64,000 bases of DNA from Magallana gigas (Eukaryota), in NCBI RefSeq assembly GCF_963853765.1, contig NC_088859.1, positions 51,274,001-51,338,000 of the forward strand. The letters are read 5' to 3'. The translations under genes were made by a program, and so were the position numbers. The stretch's first letter is position 1; each line of letters begins with the position of its first letter. Shown piece by piece: positions 24,915-35,921 of this stretch. Below the pieces are notes generated by a model that did no database searches, was not told the origin of the DNA, and saw only the letters and a program-made list of their open reading frames with translations.

Positions 24915-26512
24915 AACCAGAGGCCCATGGGCCACATCGCTCATCGTTCCCAATATAATTCAAAGTTAAACATTGACCCCGTTTGGGACCCCAGTATAAG
25001 TCTTGGATAACAATTTAAACAATTTAGAATCTACCTTGTCTAAGAATGCTTGCATACAAATTGTAGCATTGTAACTCTTGAAAAAAAAAAGATTTTAAAA
25101 CATTTTCGCTATATATTTCTGTGTAAAACTTTGAACCTCATCTTGCGGCTTCTAAATATTAGTCCGGGGTTAACAAATTCAACAATTTAGAATCTAAATT
25201 ATTTGACTATGATCGCATAGTAATCTCAAAAATTGTAGCATTGTAGTTCTTGAGAGGAAGATTTTTAAACATTATCCCTATATATTCCTATATTAAACTT
25301 TGAAACTCTCTTGGGGCCCCAATATTAGTAGTGTAGGGGTCACCAATATATAACAATTTAAAATCTACATTTTATGAGGATGCTTGCCTTGTTATCTCAC
25401 AAAATGTAGCTTGCAGTTCTTGAGAAGAAGATTTTTAAACAGTTTCCTTCATGTTTCTATATTAAATTTTAAACCCCTCTTGAGGCCCCAGATTTAGTCC
25501 GGAGGTTACTTTTTTATCAATTTAACATCTACATATGAGGATACTTGCATAGTAATATCACAAATTGTTGCATTGTAAATTTTGAAAAGAAGATTTTTAA
25601 ACATTTCCCTTTATATTTCTATGTTAAACTTTGAACCCGTCTTAGGACACCATTTTGAGTCGGGGTGGGGGTGGGGGGGGGCACGATTATAAAAATTTAG
25701 AATCTGCATTATATGAGGATGCTTTTATAGTAATCTTAAAAATTGAAGCATTTTAGTTTTTGAGACGAAGATTTTTAAAACTTTTTATCCAATATATTTC
25801 TATGTTGATATTTTACCCTCTTGGGGCCCCATTTTTAGAAAAGGGGTGCGATTTTAACAAATCAGAATCTACATTAAATGATGATGCTTGCCTAGTAATC
25901 TTACAAATTGTAGCTTTATAGTTCGTGAGAAGAAGAATTGTAAACATTTTCATTTTATGTTTCTATATTAAACTTTGAACCACTTTTGGGGCCCCAGTTT
26001 TATAGTCCGGAAGTCAGGACTTATAGAATTTAGAAACTACATTATATGAGGAGGATGCTCGCCTGGTAATATCGCAAATTGCAAATCTGTAGTTCTTGAG
26101 AGGAAGATTTTAAAAATATTTTCCCTTAATATTCTTATATTAAACTTTGAACCCCTCGTGGGACCCCAGTTTAAGTCTGGTGGTCACGATTTTAACAATT
26201 TAGAATATCACTATATATGTAAACTTTGTTGTAGACATTAGCATTTCTGGTGCAGTGGTTCTAGAGAAAAAGATTTTTAAATTTTCACCGTTTTGCAGTT
26301 ATTTCTCCTTTAAAAAGAGTCGTGTCCTTTACTTTACAATTTAGAATCTATTTTTCATAAAAAAGCTTTGTACCAAGTTTGGTTAAATTTGGTCCAGTGG
26401 TTTCAGAGAAGTCAGAAATGTGAAAAGTTTATAGAGAGACAGACAGATGGACGGACAAACAGACAGGTGATCAGAAAAAGCTCACCTGAACCTTATTTCA
26501 GGTGAGCTAAAA
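24915..26512 (-). mobile_element. Non-autonomous Helentron (HINE) carrying about 7-8 diverged ~165-172 bp satellite units (Cg170-like)
   Basis: Ends aaccagaggcccatgggccacatcgctca and (gaca)n...agctcacctgaaccttatttcaggtgagctaaaa; internal tandem units with recurring actttgaa...aacaatttagaatctac...gaagatttttaaac. Confidence 0.85.
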
Positions 26513-27049
26513 GTGTTTAATTAGTAAAAAAAATATTTAGATTGTAACCGATTGTAACCATAAATAAATGCTTGTCACATCTTAACAGACCTACTGTTGA
26601 TCCTGTTTATTATTTGTTTGTCTGAAAGCGTCAATGGTTTGTGCTGTAATGGGAAGGAAGCATCTCTAACCAGGGCGATGATCTCATCACAGATTTAATC
26701 GAAAGTTTGACAGGTACTTGCCGTCAGGGGGAGACAGGGTACACTCAGAGGGCTGTGAATCATGACCTGTCCAATCAGAGATCATCAGTGCTGGCTAAAA
26801 CTGTCGGACAATAACATAACAATAACAATAATAAGACATCCGGGTCTTATAAACTTTTGTGACATGTTGTCCAAAAGTAATTGCTATATTTTTTGTCCAT
26901 CTTGGTGCTTCCATGCAACGACGCTAGTGTAATTATAAAAGTCTTTGTGACATGACATTTAATACTTAAAATAATGTTGTTGAAATTTTACAACGCAATC
27001 GATACAGCTTGGCGTTTGTTGGGTTATATAGTGTGACTTTGCTCTCATC

Positions 27050-28037
27050 CAGGCTTGGGGTAATGCTAAATGTAATGGTAATGCATTGCAATGCATTACA
27101 TGTTTTCAAAGTAATGCTAGTAATGTGTAATGCCACAAATTTAGCATAAAAAGTAATGGTAATGAATTATATGGCATTACTTTGCTTTACTAAGCTTTTT
27201 TATGCAAGTTCATTTTCATAAAATTGTGATGAATTTATAACCTGAAATTCTATTTGTTTTAAAATTGTTTTAAAGAAGAAAAATAATTCTTGAGATATAA
27301 ATTTTTTAGTTGTATGAAAAAAATAAAATAAAAAATCCATTCTTTAATCGTAAATATAACTAGCTATATAAACATAGTATATAACATTTTAAGAGTGTTG
27401 TTATTAGGAATTGTATATCATTTGAAAAATTTACTCCAATTAGTTGTGCATTTAATGAATTCTTTACTGTGAAGAATGTGTCAACAACACACAATGCCCA
27501 AAGGATAATCTAAGTATCAAAACAATCTATTGTTTTAAGAGGTGCTAAACACCCCAATCCCCACCCTTCTCTTGGCTGTGTTCCATTAGAATAGAGAACA
27601 GACATATACCCTTAAAAGCAAAAAGAATGCATTTTCCAACCATGATCTCTGGAAACTTAAAACGTCCTTCTAGTATTATAACCCATTTGAAAATAATTTT
27701 ACTCTCTGTCTGTCTGTCTCTCTTAATACCTTTGAAACTTTGATGATTATAAAGTGCAAGCGCAATCTTGTATAAGTCATTAAATTTGAATGTGACAGTG
27801 AACATGAACCTGTAAATATGTTTCAGCGTGTTTTATATAATTATGAAATATTTGCGAAAACCTTTATTCAGCTTTTAAATTACTTTTTTAAAACTTATTG
27901 ACTTTTACAAAGTAATGGTAATGGCAATGCATTACTTTACAATGAAATGCATTACTTCAAGAAAGTATTATCAAATTTATAAAGTAATAGTAATATAAAT
28001 ATTATATAACTTTATAATGTAATTCGCCCCAAGCCTG
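27050..28037. mobile_element. Non-autonomous hAT element (988 bp)
   Basis: 11-bp TIR caggcttgggg / ccccaagcctg; 8-bp TSD ctctcatc (27042-27049, 28038-28045); subterminal gtaatg repeats. Confidence 0.88.
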
Positions 28038-28194
28038 CTCTCATCAAAGGATCTCTGGATATTTTGTTTGAATATCAAAGAGTTAGTTTTAGCAAAACCA
28101 ATTAGTTTATTTTGTTTAATCTAATCTGAATATAAAATATATATATATTTTGTTAGCCAAGTATACTAAAATAGCTCGTACCAACTAAGAGACC

Positions 28195-29223
28195 ATGGCA
28201 TTTATGTATAAAGGTATAATCTTTTGCAGTTCCACTTTGTGGATGATGTTTAACGGTTCGAGCAACTCCACGGATGATCTTCACTGTACTGACGAGCTGG
28301 CCCGCCTGATCCTGTGTCCGCTGATCGCCGGGGTAGCCCTGCTGGGGAACGTCCTGGCCGTGCTGTCTATCCGGGTCAGAGACAAGTTCCGGATCCCCAC
28401 CTACGCCGCCATTTCCTGTCTGGCCGTCTCCGACTCACTGGCCGTCATCTTCCGGTTGGCCCGAGCACTAACCTGTAGGATATGTGTACTGTATTACGAC
28501 ACTCGGACCTGCCTTTCGGGCAAGCACACCCTCTATGACAAGTTTGGAGCGATAGCAAGTATCCCTTCCTTTATCTCAATCCACAGTTCATTTTGCCATC
28601 TTGTACTTTTCTCGGTCATTAGATACATCATCGTTGTTCACCCAATGTTCGCGCACCGCTACTTAACCAGTGGTAAAGTACTGAGGTATTCCGGGTTAGC
28701 CTGGATTGTAACGTTCGTCATCAGTTCCGCCTACGTGTATTGCTGTGTCCAATTCTACCTAGAAAACGAATGGTTCATCAAACGATTTGGATACATAGAC
28801 CTTGTCAGCGTTTTCTATTTGTTTCTTATAACCCTTCCGCCTCTGTTAGTCTTGCACATCGCTAAAAAGAAATCCATACCTTCTACCTTGACTGAACAGG
28901 TGAAAAAGATGAATCTAATGACAGTCTCTATCTCGGTAATCACGGTCGTCAGTCTGTTACCCACAATAATCCTTGCCACCCTGCTATTCCCAGAGGTGGA
29001 CCCTTTAACTGAAGACCAAGTAGAAACGTTTATGACAGTCGCTCAACTGACCTTTTTCCTGGGACATATGATGCACCCTGTGTTATATTTTTGGATCCAC
29101 GTGGTCCAAAAGAAGAGGCAGAACCTTCGTCATCACCATACCACACACAGTGATGTCCATCGTGAGTCGGCGATTCCTATGTGTGGTTCCAGTCAGTACA
29201 AAACAAGCCTGGTCGTCAAGTAA
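28195..29223 (+). CDS. Orphan class A (rhodopsin-like) GPCR 1, 342 aa, intronless CDS
   Basis: Seven hydrophobic segments; TM1 GN, TM2 LAVSD, TM3 VIRY, TM4 W, TM7 HPVLY; Kozak-like gaccATGg. Confidence 0.92.
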   Translation: MAFMYKGIIFCSSTLWMMFNGSSNSTDDLHCTDELARLILCPLIAGVALLGNVLAVLSIRVRDKFRIPTYAAISCLAVSDSLAVIFRLARALTCRICVLYYDTRTCLSGKHTLYDKFGAIASIPSFISIHSSFCHLVLFSVIRYIIVVHPMFAHRYLTSGKVLRYSGLAWIVTFVISSAYVYCCVQFYLENEWFIKRFGYIDLVSVFYLFLITLPPLLVLHIAKKKSIPSTLTEQVKKMNLMTVSISVITVVSLLPTIILATLLFPEVDPLTEDQVETFMTVAQLTFFLGHMMHPVLYFWIHVVQKKRQNLRHHHTTHSDVHRESAIPMCGSSQYKTSLVVK

Positions 29224-31701
29224 AATGTTTCCTGGATAAAAGTAATGTAATAGCCATTATAAATGTGATGGACAAGTACACTGGCGAGGCTCCCTGGATA
29301 GAGTTCAACCACTTATGAATATGGTCGGGTAACATACCGACGAGATTGCAACAACTTTGATGATATTCAGATAACTGCTGAATAAAGATCAACCATGTGT
29401 GTTGATGTTCGGGGACATTTTCAAGGACTCTCTGGATAAAGTTCAGCTATTCCCGCTGATCATGTGTTTAACAATGATACAAAATAAGATCGCCACATTT
29501 CTCAAAACAAGGTATGTTTGGTAAACGCTTTGGTCCTGACATTGAGAAGCTCAACGGACCAGTTTGACGCTTGGTCTACCTATTTCAGTGACATCATGAC
29601 GTAGTAATGTCAGTGACATTTGACCCTTGTTTCGGATCCTTCGGTTGTCGAATTTGAAGTCTACATATCATATATGTCGAAAGATGTTGACAAAGTTAGC
29701 TCAGACGGGCAAAGAGATGGACAGTTCTAAACATGTTCAACAGACCTGCTCCATGCGTCCACTGAATTTGAGGACATAGCTCTACTATTCATTGTGAATA
29801 TTTGGTTATAAACAATGTTGTTTTCATCTTGAGCGGAGTGCTGCTGAAGAAATACAGGGTAAATAAAAAACTTAAGTAGATTTGTGATATCCGTTTCTCT
29901 GAAAATCAACACCCTTTCTTAGACAGAGTGATAATGAAAACCTTGTACTAGAAATGACACAGTAGATATTGCCATCTCGGTAGAATGCAAATATCTATTA
30001 CATCTATTACAACATACTGTTGATGGAGGCCGTTAATATCAAATTCCCTAGCCACGCCTAGCATTCCATTTTCCATAATTCATTGTTACTAAAGAAAAAC
30101 ATGCAATCTTTTTAAAGGTGTTATTATATTATTTCGTTTTCGTGGATAGAGGATAAAATTTGATTGACTGCAGTTTAAGAATAACTGTAAGACCAAATTT
30201 CAGCAATCATAACTAGTACAGCAAGCGAGGACGTGTTTGTTTAAGAAAAAAATGTAACTTTTCATAAATCAACCATAAAAATTCATTCCACCAAAAACCC
30301 CTCGGGAATGAAAATTTTAAGAGAGTTACCATGGATACGAAATGGCGTTTCAAAAATAAGATTCTTCAATCGATAAGTACCTGTCATTAAATTTCGTTCA
30401 TTGCAATGACGTTGCAATAAAAAAATGATTATTGAAAGTTGAAATGGTGAGGGGGTATTTTGGTTTAAATTCCTTAAGACTCGTTTTGTATATGAACAAG
30501 TAATATCTATTTATTAATTTATCGAGTAATATTTATTTATGTTTTATTTATGTGAGGTTACTAGTATTACTTTTCAGTAATTATTTTGTTTGAATGTACG
30601 ACGCTGTACTTAGGAGCGAAGTTCGAGAAATTATTTTTGTATACTTCGATTCATCTAAGATGGTTTGGTTAAAATAATACTAGTATACTGGCGGGGTTTT
30701 AGTAAGACTCGTTTATATTGCATTACTGAATTAGTCACACATCGATGCCTCTACGCATGCGTCGAGATGGTGTCGTTTAGAATTACACGTTGATAGTTAG
30801 TGCAGCAGCTGCTTATTTAATGCTCATTTAATGGGTCAAAGAGGTGAATGGAATGTGCGAGAAAGGGCTATATCTGAATACCATACGCCTCGGTTGTTTA
30901 TATCATCAATGCTGTTTATAAAAAAAGAAAGTCAAAGCTTTCGGGTAAACATATGTATTTAACATTCATCATGCAATGTATTTTTCTTCTCAAAGAACAT
31001 GGGCGAATAAAATGGCACAAACGCCAAATCACGAATTCGTAAAATACAGTGTCCAATTTTAGGGAATCTTATTTTTTACTTCAATCAGGATTGTACAAAA
31101 TTAATACATAGCTGTGAATAATTTTTAATTGATACATGATAATTATATAATTTTTGCTAAAATGATTGTATCAGTTAAGAGGAGAGTATAAATACATGTA
31201 CAATTTATGCATGCATAAGAAAAGAATTCAGCGTTGATAATTAATACGCTCTAACCAGTAATTTCCCTCTGAGAAGGATTTGAACATACACCTGTGGCGG
31301 ACAGTGTTTGATGTCTAATCACCAGGGGGCGCCTTACAACAGGTGTTTTATAGCGTACAAAACCAGAGAAAACAACAACCACAACAGTGTACAAACAAAG
31401 TGGACTTATTTTGTTGTTCATCTTACTGTTAAATTCGACGTAAATTTTATTTGTCGTATTAATTGGTGGACTGAAGCTCAAGTGTGCGGCAGATGTCGCA
31501 TAATTACTGTAACAACGTAAATGATTTCTACTGCTCAATCAAAGCACGATATCCTCCCAGAATAATACGGCAATTTGCTGTCAACACACTCGCATGTCTA
31601 CACTTCATAGGGCAGTTTAGTTGGGAGAAAATATGAAATGACAATTACATTCAAACTCGGGCGTCCAAGTTTTCCAATTCGCATGCAAGAAGCTTGGGAA
31701 A

Positions 31702-32721
31702 ATGAACTTCAATTTGACAATGCCGAACAAATTTCTACATCTTGGATTCGGTGAAAATTCTACTCGAGGAAATGGATCAGAAATGACATTCTGTGATTCT
31801 GATCTAATAGAATGGAGTCATACTCATGAACTGTTCACATGCATAGGGATAGCGCTAGTAGCGTTTAGCTGTGTCGGAAACTCTGTGGCAATTATCTTCA
31901 TTGCGAGAAACTCTTCGCTCCACACCCCCACATATACGGGCATTGCGTGTTTAGCCCTCTGTGACCTGATAGCGGCCATTTTCAGGTTTCTCAAGTTCCG
32001 ATCGCATGCCATCTACATAATTATCAATGGTTGTGTAAATAAAGGACAATTCATCATGGATGACACTCTCTCCATTCTCTCGTTTTTTACGCTGAATTCA
32101 TCCTATTTCCACCTGATCATGGTGTCTGTGGTTCGGTATAAGCTGATTTCTCGTCCTTTTAAGACATATGTGGGTTTAGACTGTAGAAGGGTGGTACAAT
32201 ACTCCATTGTCTGTTGGGGCCTGTCCGTGATCGCTAGCATCGGCTATGGTCTCAAAGTATTAACCATCAGCCACGTCAAAAATCACGAATCTGACGTCAT
32301 AGAGATTGCGTTTGTAGTGTACCTGTTCTCCATTACCATAGTTCCTCTACTAACAATTCACATTTTAAAAATCCGTAAGCTTCGGAAGGCGCTCGTGGTC
32401 AACAAGCGACAAGAAGTGCGCATGCACACAATGATGGCAGTGATTTCTACCACCACCGTGGCCTGCATAGTCCCCATAGCGGGCTTGCAGGTCAACAAAG
32501 CGCTCGGGGATGCCACCCAGGCCCCGGCCCCCGAAGAGCTGTTCATTCAGGGTCAGCTCTCACAGATTTGTCTGGCGCTGAATCACGCCCTCCACCCTAT
32601 TCTGTACTTCATGCTGTCAGAAGTGAGTAAGAAGATGACCAAGCCGCTATCCCAGAATGACGTCATCAAAAAATGTTTACTTATCAGTGAAAACTCAAGA
32701 CGATTAAAGTCAATCATTTAA
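31702..32721 (+). CDS. Orphan class A GPCR 2, 339 aa, intronless CDS
   Basis: TM1 GN, TM2 LALCD, TM3 VVRY, TM4 W, TM7 NHALHPILY; N-terminal glycosylation sequons; paralogous to GPCR 1 and 3. Confidence 0.92.
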   Translation: MNFNLTMPNKFLHLGFGENSTRGNGSEMTFCDSDLIEWSHTHELFTCIGIALVAFSCVGNSVAIIFIARNSSLHTPTYTGIACLALCDLIAAIFRFLKFRSHAIYIIINGCVNKGQFIMDDTLSILSFFTLNSSYFHLIMVSVVRYKLISRPFKTYVGLDCRRVVQYSIVCWGLSVIASIGYGLKVLTISHVKNHESDVIEIAFVVYLFSITIVPLLTIHILKIRKLRKALVVNKRQEVRMHTMMAVISTTTVACIVPIAGLQVNKALGDATQAPAPEELFIQGQLSQICLALNHALHPILYFMLSEVSKKMTKPLSQNDVIKKCLLISENSRRLKSII

Positions 32722-34457
32722 GTGTGAAGAGTAAGTAAATGTAAGTTTTGTACAAATTGTTTTATACGCTGACTTTTTTCTACTTATCTATTTAACAGAA
32801 TTGTTCCATTGTGTAAAAATTGTTTCAAAAATCAATACAGTTTTTCCCCAAATAAAGTTATAGATAATTCACCGATTTATTTTTAAAAAAAAATGTACAA
32901 AATATTAAATATAAAAAAAAAAAGTTTTTGAAAACACGAAAGTGCACGGTATTTTCTAGCTCCTATAATGCTGCCGTTTAGTTTTCCTTTATCCCACAAA
33001 CAAAATCCAATCCAATCTATCAGCTCTGATATCTATGATCGATCTATGTGAGCATGTTCACACTAATTCACCGTTCAGGACATATGTTGTACCATGCTAG
33101 TGTTCCACGGTGCATTAATTAATGCCTGATATATCTCAGGACAAGCTTACAGCATCAGATAGAGCACAGCTTTGTCCAAACATTCTGAAATCATCCGATA
33201 TCTAGTGATTTATTACATGTTAAATAATTAGCAAAAAAAGAAATGGAAAATAACACGAAAAATCAATAACATTTACGTAAATTCGTCTAAAAATGTAAAA
33301 AAAAAAAAATTAAATAAATATGTTTTAAACAAATTGTCATGACAACCTGCATAAAATGCAAATTCAATTTCAAGAACTTCTAGTAGGCTTTCCCTTTTAT
33401 ACTGCGTGTCACTTTAAAAAAACATTTTAATTATTTTATCTTCATCAATCTAATATAAAAAAAACCCCATCAATTAAACAAGGAATTGAGATCACTTGCA
33501 TGTTAGATTGATATTCCGTAGTTTGCTTCACCAAAGAATCAGTAAACGTGTGATATGATTTCTTGTCAGAGTATCTGTTACTTCTATAACAAGAAATTAA
33601 CATGAAATGCAGCTATGGAATTCTCTTTTATCCACCACAGGGATTCCTTATAGCTGGCATAAAGATATATAGATAGATCAAAATAAGAACATACAGATTC
33701 AGGAGAGCCCAAACCTTGTCCGCAATGACCGTATATCCATGCGCGTGGGCAGAGGGGGCAAAGCCATTCATTTTTCATTTCGCTTATTTATTAAAAAACA
33801 TGCATAGGACAAACTATTATTTCAAAAATGAAGAAACAAAATTCTACATCTTATAATTATTTTCTAGATAATCAACACTATACAGTAGTGGCCATGTTCG
33901 CATCAAAACACCAACATATATGTCCTCATTATAGAATAAGTGATTTTGATAACTCATAATGCGCATTTTCTAGGCAGAGATAAACTCTTTATTTGAAAGG
34001 TCATAGCTCAGCTATAAGCCAGATACTCAGACATCTATTGAATTGAAATAACATCGACTTTTCATACAGCCTTCAGGATGGACAAAAGATTATGGGTTAA
34101 TTCGCGAGTCGTTTCATAGCGTGTTTTTAACATCAGTAAAGTTCTGGTATAACTTTCCATTGATTCTCCACGGAATTCATGCAATCACTAGTCATCACTC
34201 ACACGACCAAACAGGTTATCTTTTCACGCAGGGGCACACGGAGGCAGGCCCCCGACACAACATAACTTGTAAGCTGTCAGCCCGGCTACTTTAGGGAGCA
34301 ACTCCCAATAATTGATACCGAAAAGTACATACAGAATGTACCTTTGTGTTCCGGTGGAATTAGACTACTGCGATTCAAGAGTATGTTACGATACCTGTTG
34401 GCTTCCGCAGATTAATGCCTCCCCAGGAAGGAAGTGGTACATTCAGGTGATTTCACA

Positions 34458-35474
34458 ATGCTGGAAAATTTAACTGCGACATTTAACGGTAGCATAGTGA
34501 CACGTGAAAACGTCACGTGCAGAAAGATTCCATTTTCACATGACTGGCGAACGGCGTTTGATTCGGCGACAGCTGTGGGGATACTGTTAGCGTTAGTCAG
34601 TTTGGCGGGAAACATACTGACAGTGATTCAGATCCGGACCCACCGACTTCTACACACCCCCACCTACACGGCCATCCTGTGCCTCGCGGTGTCGGACGCC
34701 GTCGCTGTGGTGTTCAGGTTTGTCAAGTTCCGGGCTAAGTACCTCTATGCCCTCATCTTTCATTGTATAGACTTAAATGCTAACGTCTTTGACGCCTTTG
34801 TCGCCATATTTGCATTTACTTCCTTGAATTCGTCATATTTCCATCTTGTGATGCTGAAAGCCTTACGATATTACATCATAGCGTGCCCTCTGAAAAGTTA
34901 CTCTATTGTGACGTCAAACAAAGTAGTCCGCTACTCCGTTCTCTGCTGGACCAGCAGTGCTTTCATTGGGGCCGTCTACGGAATCAAGGCAGCCATGAGT
35001 GTCGGTTACATCGGGGAAGGCATGACGGAAAGAACGTCACTGATTATCGAGGTCGGCTGTGTGTTTTATTTTCTAGCCATTACGTTGATTCCTTTCTTAA
35101 CATTGCACGTCATGAAAATCCGGAAAATGCACACGTACATCACCATGCATCACCGACAGGAGCGGATGATGCACACGATGATGGTGGGGATCTGCGTGAC
35201 GACTGTCGTCTGCCTGATTGTGGTGGTGGCGTTCTGTGTCTACGTCTTTATTGACGGAGTCGAACCATTCTACCTCTCCAATGTCGCGCAGATGTTGTTT
35301 TTTGTGAACCACGCATTTCATCCTATATTTTACTTCCTGTTTTCGGAGATATCTCGGTATAACCGTTGTCGTAGAAGAGGAAGCGCTCCGTTTGACAGCA
35401 GTACAGACTGTGTGTCGTCGTTCTCCAACACGATGAGGCTCCGAACATTTCACCGGGAAGAATCTTTGACTTAA
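34458..35474 (+). CDS. Orphan class A GPCR 3, 338 aa from the first in-frame ATG
   Basis: TM1 GN, TM2 LAVSD, TM3 ALRY, TM4 W, TM7 NHAFHPIFY. The track's 34434 start is GTG; an in-frame TAA lies at 34413 and the first ATG is 34458. Candidate acceptor cttccgcag at 34410 suggests a 5' UTR intron. Confidence 0.9.
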   Translation: MLENLTATFNGSIVTRENVTCRKIPFSHDWRTAFDSATAVGILLALVSLAGNILTVIQIRTHRLLHTPTYTAILCLAVSDAVAVVFRFVKFRAKYLYALIFHCIDLNANVFDAFVAIFAFTSLNSSYFHLVMLKALRYYIIACPLKSYSIVTSNKVVRYSVLCWTSSAFIGAVYGIKAAMSVGYIGEGMTERTSLIIEVGCVFYFLAITLIPFLTLHVMKIRKMHTYITMHHRQERMMHTMMVGICVTTVVCLIVVVAFCVYVFIDGVEPFYLSNVAQMLFFVNHAFHPIFYFLFSEISRYNRCRRRGSAPFDSSTDCVSSFSNTMRLRTFHREESLT

Positions 35475-35921
35475 TGGTTCATGAAGGCTTCCATCAGACA
35501 GTGTGTTCAAAAGGATGTTACAGTATCATGTTTATTATTTGAATCTATATATTTGTTAATTCTGCTGTACTAAAAGCAAAAGCAAGACTCCAGTTTTAAA
35601 AGATACTACATTAAAAGATGCATACAAACAATATGAAGGTTAAGCCTGTTTTTATATTGTTTTTTGTAAAGTGTCAAGGTAACAATTTGTGAATCAATTT
35701 CAAATCATTTTTTGTTCAATTTAATTGTTTACAATGCCTTGACGTTAAATCATTTTTTGAAAACATGTTAAATGTTTGTTTTGAGTTAGGTTATTTTGAA
35801 AATATCATGTCTCGTTTAAACAAAGAGCAAAAAAAAAAAGCAATTATATTTTGTAAATACATGACTAGGTTATTTCATTACAATAAATATTCACGTTAGT
35901 TTAAATTTTATGAAAATTCAT

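Noticed and set aside
34434-34457. N-terminal extension of GPCR 3 from the track's start
   Set aside because: The codon at 34434 is GTG; the first in-frame ATG is 34458.
34412-35510. Antisense and off-frame ORFs over the GPCR genes (also 31824-32546)
   Set aside because: Shadows of real coding sequence.
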